Source of the DNA: Eledone cirrhosa
Taxonomy: Eukaryota
Direction of reading: 5' to 3'
NCBI GenBank assembly: GCA_964016885.1
Contig: OZ024752.1
Location: 37,572,171-37,636,000, forward strand
DNA length: 63,830 nt
The first letter of the stretch is position 1; each line of letters begins with the position of its first letter. Positions 57,429 to 63,830 of the stretch are shown here, piece by piece. A model generated the notes under the pieces. The model was not told where the DNA came from. It searched no databases and was given only the letters and a program-made list of their open reading frames with translations. The position numbers and the translations under genes were made by a program.

Positions 57429-57528
57429 GGCAATGATGATGATGATGATGGCGATGATGATGATGATGATGATGTCGATAAACGATGATGATGATGGCGA
57501 TGATGATGATGGCATGGTGATGATGGTA

Positions 57529-57562
<34 letters not shown>

Positions 57563-57650
57563 CGATGGCAATGATGATGGCATGATGATGGCGATGAACG
57601 ATGATGATGGCGATGATGATGATGGCGATGATGATGATGGCGATGATGGC

Positions 57651-57725
<75 letters not shown>

Positions 57726-57775
57726 GATGATGGCGATGGTGATGATGGTAATGATGATGATGGCGATGATGATAA
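57313..57775. repeat. (GAT)n low-complexity tract
   Basis: Direct inspection. Confidence 0.95.
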
Positions 57776-57794
57776 TGAGGAGAAAGAGGGGGAT

Positions 57795-58450
57795 TTCCAG
57801 TTTAGGCAAAAGGCCAGCAGCTTCGGGACACGGGGGAAGCCATTTATATCGATCCTGTTATATTAATAGTAATAATTGTTTGTACTTTTTGGGCGCAAGG
57901 CCAGCAATTATCCCAGTGTATTACAGGTACTTTATTTTATCGACCCCAGTAAGGATGAAAGGCAAAGCTAACCTCGGCGGGATTTGAACTCAGAACGTAA
58001 AGGGACGTAACTTTATGCTGGAAAGAATAGTGTCCGACTCTCTACTGATACTGCCAATCCAGACTTAGGCACAAGGCCAGGAGTTGGGGAGGAAAATCTA
58101 TTAGATAGACCCCCAGTACATCACTGGTACTTTATTTTATCGACCCCGTAAGGATGAAAGGCAAAGCTAACCTCGGCGGGATTTGAACTCAGATCGTAAA
58201 GGGCCGTAACTGAGTTCAAACTGGTTTCTGACTTAGGCACAAGGCCAACAATTTGGCAGCGTGGAAGTCGATTAAATAGACCCTAGTTGATTAAATAGAC
58301 CCTAGTTATTTCTTCTACGTCACTTAGTGTGAACCCTTGTTGTAAATCTAAGTTTAGTTCTGCTGTTTGTAGACACAAGGACAGTAATTATCCCAGTACA
58401 TTACTGGTACTTTATTTTATCGACCCCGTAAGGATGAAAGGCAAAGCTAG
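57795..58450 (-). mobile_element. Cluster of nested/truncated SINE A copies
   Basis: Core repeated at ~57930, 58130, 58410. Confidence 0.8.
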
Positions 58451-58719
58451 CTTCATTCCATGGAGCACTAGAATTCTGGTTACGGAAAAAGTTTCAAAAC
58501 GTTTGAAATATTCATCTAACAGATTATCTCCAAACTCTCAGCGTCTCCATTCAAATGTTGTTCTGCTTCCACAAATAAAGAAATCTTTCTACGGCAACAG
58601 CTTATTTCCCCTTGAACTGCCTGACTTTGGAACTCTCATCTCATTGTTTTCCCCCTCCTTCCTATGACCTGAACTCTTTCAAGTCTAAAGTAAATTCAGT
58701 CCTTTCTTCTTAATTTCTC

Positions 58720-59270
58720 CAACGTCACCAACACAGGGTTAACACACTGACGTCACCAGCTGTGTAATGGTATCACCCAGGGTTAACATTCTGACGTCAC
58801 CAACTCAGGGTTAACACTCTGACGTCATCAGCTGTGTAATGGTATCACCCAGGGTTAACACTCTGAAGTCACCAACTCAGGGTTAACACACTGACGTCAC
58901 CAGCTGTGTAATGGTTTAACCCAGGGTTAACACACTGACGTCATCAGCTGTGTAATGCTTTAACTCAGAGTTAACATTCTGACGTCATTAGTTGTGTAAT
59001 GGTTTAACCTAGGATTAACACACTGACATCACCAGCTGTGTAATGGTTTAACCCAGGGTTAACACACTGACGTCACCAGCTGTGTAATAGTTTAACCCAG
59101 GGTTAACACACTGACGTCATCAGCTGTGTAATAGTTTAACCCAGGGTTAACACACTGACGTCATCAGCTGTGTAATGGTTTAACCCAGGGTTAACACACT
59201 GACGTCACCAGCTGTGTAATGGTTTTGACGTTATCAGCTGTGTAATGGTCTAACCCAGAGTTAACACACA
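58720..59270. repeat. 44-bp minisatellite containing TGACGTCA, CAGCTG, GTTAAC
   Basis: AACCCAGGGTTAACACACTGACGTCA(C/T)CAGCTGTGTAATGGTTT, ~12 units including 28-bp deletion variants. Confidence 0.9.
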
Positions 59271-59652
59271 AACGACGCCATTGATGTCCTTTACTTCCAG
59301 CTGTGCAATGGCTTCACTCACATTCTCAAGAACACCATGACCCGCCTACATATTTTCTTTCTACTCCTCAAATTTCATCCGGAATTATTTTAATTTGTTA
59401 ACGAAGTCTATAGCGGTAGATAAATTGCCTTGAAATGTCTTGTTCACTGCACTGAATTGTAAGAAAATATTATTTAAGCAAGTTTGCTATGTTCCCCATT
59501 AGTAAATTTATATGCAAATTTGATTCCTTTATCCTTCCGAATGTTCATAAATAATTCCTTTAATTCAACCTTCATGATTGCAACTCAATCTACTACTTGA
59601 AAATCATCTCTCCTGTGTGAAACTAGAGTGCCGCCTATTTCTCAACATTCAA

Positions 59653-60621
59653 TTCTTGATACAACAGTCGTTGAGTCCTGAGGTCAGTCAACTAGATTTG
59701 ACAAAAGTCTTCTTGATACAGCAGTCGTTGAGTCCTGAGGTCAGTCAACTAGATTTGACAAAAGTCTTCTTGATACAGCAGTCGTTGAGTCCTGAGGTCA
59801 GTCAACTAGATTTGACAAAAGTCTTCTTGATACAGCAGTCGTTGAGTCCTGAGGTCAGTCAACTAGATTTGACAAAAGTCTTCTTGATACAGCAGTCGTT
59901 GACTCCTGAGGTCAGTCAACTAGATTTGACAAAAGTCTTGTTGATACAGCTGTCGTTGAGTCCTGAGGTCAGTCAACTAGATTTGACAAAAGTCTTCTTG
60001 ATACAGCAGTCGTTGAGTCCTGAGGTCAGTCAACTAGATTTGACAAAAGTCTTCTTGATACAACAGTCGTTGAGTCCTGAGGTCAGTCAACTAGATTTGA
60101 CAAAAGTCTTCTTGATACAGCAGTCGTTGAGTCCTGAGGTCAGTCAACTAGATTTGACAAAAGTCTTCTTGATACAGCAGTCGTTGAGTCCTGAGGTCAG
60201 TCAACTAGATTTGACAAAAGTCTTCTTGATACAGCAGTCGTTGAGTCCTGAGGTCAGTCAACTAGATTTGACAAAAGTCTTCTTGATACAGCAGTCGTTG
60301 AGTCCTGAGGTCAGTCAACTAGATTTGACAAAAGTCTTCTTGATACAGCAGTCGTTGAGTCCTGAGGTCAGTCAACTAGATTTGACAAAAGTCTTCTTGA
60401 TACAGCAGTCGTTGAGTCCTGAGGTCAGTCAACTAGATTTGACAAAAGTCTTCTTGATACAGCAGTCGTTGAGTCCTGAGGTCAGTCAACTAGATTTGAC
60501 AAAAGTCTTCTTGATACAGCAGTCGTTGAGTCCTGAGGTCAGTCAACTAGATTTGACAAAAGTCTTCTTGATACAGCAGTCGTTGAGTCCTGAGGTCAGT
60601 CAACTAGATTTGACAAAAGTC
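59653..60621. repeat. 57-bp minisatellite, 17 copies
   Basis: TTCTTGATACAGCAGTCGTTGAGTCCTGAGGTCAGTCAACTAGATTTGACAAAAGTC; 969 bp / 57 = 17. Confidence 0.95.
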
Positions 60622-60706
60622 TCCATGTTTAAAAAACATCATCGAAACCGGATTTGAAGTAAGGAATATCATTTTCGTAAACAATACATAACTCGGAATT
60701 ATATAA

Positions 60707-61127
60707 CGTTTTCTGATTTAAGCACAACGCCAATAATTTTGGTGGGGAGAGGAAAGTCGATTAAATCGACCCCAGTGTGTTACTGGTACATTATTTTGTC
60801 GACCCCGTAACGACGAAAGGCAAAGCTAACTAACCTCTGTGGGATATGAACTCAGAAAATAAAGACCCATAACTCTATGTTGCAAAGGATGGTGTCCGAC
60901 GCTCTACCGAAACTGCCAGTCCACCGCAACTCGGAATTATATAATTGTTTCTACATTTGGCGCAAGGCCAGCAATTACCCCCAGTGCATTACTGGTACTT
61001 TATTTTATCGACCACGTAAGGATGAAAGGCAAAGTTAACCTCGGCGGGATTTGAACTCAGATCATAAAGGGAGGTAACTCTATGCTGCAAAGTAAGGCGT
61101 CCGATGCTCTACCGGTTCTACCAATGC
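60707..61127 (-). mobile_element. Two SINE A copies inside the hAT fossil
   Basis: AACTCGGAATTATATAA at 60690, 60928, 61128. Confidence 0.9.
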
Positions 61128-61920
61128 AACTCGGAATTATATAATATCTGTTCTTTACATCAGGATTGAGATTTCAGATTTTTTACTAAGAAACCCTATT
61201 TATAACCTAGTATTGCAGGAACTCTGGCAGTTGTGCACCCGATTACATTTTTTCCAAGAAAACGTTTCTATACAAAGAAACTTGATACAACCTCATCCCA
61301 TCTCTGTCTTCTTCTTACTTCGTTGTTTTCTCCAGGTGTTGATAAAACGAGAACTCTTCTTTCAAATCAGACTCCTTCACCCATCTTGCGTATACAAACA
61401 GCTGGATGTCAGCTGATATATCTGTGTATTCATCAAACTTGATGGTGAAGATACCTAGCGGAGTCTCATTCATTTCTGAAATTACCTTATTTTTTTAAAT
61501 ATCAGCTGAAATGCCAGATATCTTTCGACGAACAGTATCATTTGACACTGACTACGTATTCAGTTTCGTTGGTGTATTATCTCCCGAGATGCAACCAACA
61601 AAAATCTTTGTATAGCAAAGTAATATCAAAATTTCGACGATTTCCTGAAGTTTCTTACGTTTTGCTTTTTCTCGGAGCAATCGGATCGGTGGCCTGTAGA
61701 CTAACCATACTTTGTTGATTCACCTATCTACTGTAGTCAAGTGGCATGAGGTGCTGGACTTACCCGTAAGATAAATAAGCTATAACTTAGGGTCACGTGC
61801 TCTCGGGGCACATGCTCTAGCGTCCGAAACGTTAAGACCCTCTTCCTGCTATATCAAGCGTTAACCTAATATGTCCCTTCCATACACTGTACCGATTGTG
61901 TTGTTATTTCTGTTTACCTT

Positions 61921-61980
<60 letters not shown>

Positions 61981-61993
61981 ACACACACACACA

Positions 61994-62071
<78 letters not shown>

Positions 62072-62182
62072 TAACAGATTTGCTCAACGGTTTTTATATA
62101 TATTTATATATATTATCCTTATCGAGCCCTCTTCGGATTTTAGTCTTCACATTTATTATTATTAATATATATATATATATAT

Positions 62183-62318
<136 letters not shown>

Positions 62319-62321
62319 CAG

Positions 62322-62408
62322 AGGTCCAACGAGCTCTTGATTCCAGAGTCGGGCCAGGTCGATACAGATCGTACCTTGAGCTGATCAATAGCGAAACTCG
62401 CGTCACTA
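62322..62408 (+). ncRNA. Degenerate hammerhead with extended stem II (same family as 18141)
   Basis: GGT CCAACGA GCTcTTGAT...ATCAAtAGC GAAA CTCGCG TC^ACT; core degenerate; lies between (AT)n tracts. Confidence 0.5.
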
Positions 62409-62446
62409 CTCAATAAACGTAATGAAGACATAACAAATCGTCCTTT

Positions 62447-62476
<30 letters not shown>

Positions 62477-62477
<1 letters not shown>

Positions 62478-62904
62478 CGATATTAAACAAATGGAAACTA
62501 TATTTATAAAACCATATTTATTTCATTATACATATTTCGGGGATACCATATTAAAAATATGGCATGCCTTCGTCAGATAAAATACAATATATAAACAGTT
62601 TTATAAATAATTTTGACGTACCATAAATAGGAGCTACCATTATGTCGGAAGCTGGTTTGGTAGCTCCTATTTATGGTACGTCAAAATTATTTATAAAACT
62701 GTTTATATATTGTATTTTATCTGAAGAAGGCATGCCATATTTTTAATATGGTATCCCCGAAATATGTATAATGAAATAAATATGGTTTTATAAATATAGT
62801 TTCCATTTGTTTAATATCGTATATCTACTCCAAAAACTTGTCGAGTGCTTTATATCAGTTATAAAATATTTACTTGTTGTAACCCAACAATTTTAAATAA
62901 AACT

Positions 62905-62908
<4 letters not shown>
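62477..62908. mobile_element. Palindromic (AT)n-flanked insert with an HHR in each arm (62519-62584 -, 62713-62778 +)
   Basis: Arms 62477-62639 / 62658-62820; TATTTTAT CTGA(A/C)GA AGGcATGCCATATT..AATATGGTATCCCC GAAA TATGTA TA^ATGAAATA. Confidence 0.85.
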
Positions 62909-62976
<68 letters not shown>

Positions 62977-63142
62977 GAACAATCGACTTTCGTCAAATCG
63001 GACCGAGGAATCAATGTTTCCATTGGTCTTTCCACTTGCAAATACTATCTATAGGTACAAGGCCAACAATTTGAGAGGGAGAGGAAAATCGATTAAATTA
63101 ACCCCAGGGCATGCATACATACGTACGCACGTGTAGTTCGTT

Positions 63143-63715
63143 TGTATGTATGTATGTATGTATGTATGTATGTATGTATGTATGTATGTATGTATGTATG
63201 TATGTATTTATGTATGTATGTATGTACGTACGTACGTATGTTTGTATGTATGTATGTGCGTATGTAAGTGTGTATGTATGTATGTATGTATGTACGCACG
63301 TACGTATGTATGTAAGTATGTATGTACGTATGTATGTATGTACGTACATACGTACGTATGCATGTATTTATGTATGTATGTATGTACGTACGCACGTATG
63401 TATGTTTGTATGTATGTACGTATGTATGTGTGTATGTACGTATGTATGTATGTATGTACGTATGTATGTATTTATGTATGTACGTATGTATGTATTTATG
63501 TATGTATGTATGTACGTACGCACGTATGTATGTTTGTATGTATGTATGTACGTATGTATGTGTGTATGTATGTATGTATGTATGTATGTATGTATGTATG
63601 TATGTATGTACCTACGTATGTATGTATGTACCTACGTACGTATGTATGTATGTATGTATGTATGTATGTATGTATGTATGTATATATGTACGTATGTATG
63701 TATGTATGTATGTAT
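63143..63715. repeat. (TATG)n tract (similar: 7733-7818, 10345-10560, 46976-47282)
   Basis: Direct inspection. Confidence 0.95.
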
Positions 63716-63830
63716 AGTAAAGAGGAAACTAAAATTGAATATAAGTGTTTCCTGTTTACACGCTTAACAGTAAGTGGGGGTGTTAGTTAAGTTGGCTAAC
63801 GCGACCATAGGTGGTCAGTTTTACTGAAAA

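Larger units (their letters stand above)
59325..61715 (-). mobile_element. Decayed hAT-Charlie/Buster (ZBED5/8-like) transposase, interrupted by two SINEs and a 57-bp array
   Basis: SVSNDTVRRKISGISADI..FTIKFDEYTDISADIQLFVYARW..KEEFSFYQHLEKTT..NVIGCTTARVPAILGYKIGF..TFVKSS*LTS..LYQELNVE..FHTG..VNKTFQG..DFVNKLK*FRMKF; many stops and frameshifts. Confidence 0.85.

Noticed and set aside
59676-59710. CTGAGG..GTCAA/TTGAC..AAAAGTC hammerhead resemblance in the 57-bp unit
   Set aside because: Lacks CUGANGA and GAAA; explained by transposase origin.
59578-60657. 359-aa repeat protein ORF
   Set aside because: TTG start, made of a 57-bp array that derives from the antisense hAT fossil; no coding evidence.

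Overview
Repeat-saturated, AT-rich animal DNA; the SINE families and microsatellite load suggest a cephalopod (Octopus-like), which is an inference. No intact protein-coding gene is supported, and nearly all ORF-track entries are translations of simple repeats. Main result: the (AT)n tracts host several unrelated non-coding inserts carrying type I hammerhead ribozyme (HHR) folds. There are roughly 8 families, nearly all with a family-specific palindromic stem III (the dimer-forming minimal type known from Penelope-like elements and metazoan retrozymes). The clearest case is about 11.8 apparently identical 310-bp HHR units (11933-15597) fused to an inverted ~400-bp copy. Many inserts are head-to-head palindromes with HHR sense pointing outward, and two arms end at the predicted cleavage site. 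Also present: tRNA-derived SINEs chained at re-used target sites, two twin-primed RTE insertions, other RTE/CRE/RLE LINE fragments, a hAT-Charlie transposase fossil that spawned a 57-bp array, a 17-bp/139-bp higher-order satellite, a 44-bp TGACGTCA array and a three-exon pseudogene remnant. All folds, alignments and translations were done by eye; ribozyme activity and family names are untested.
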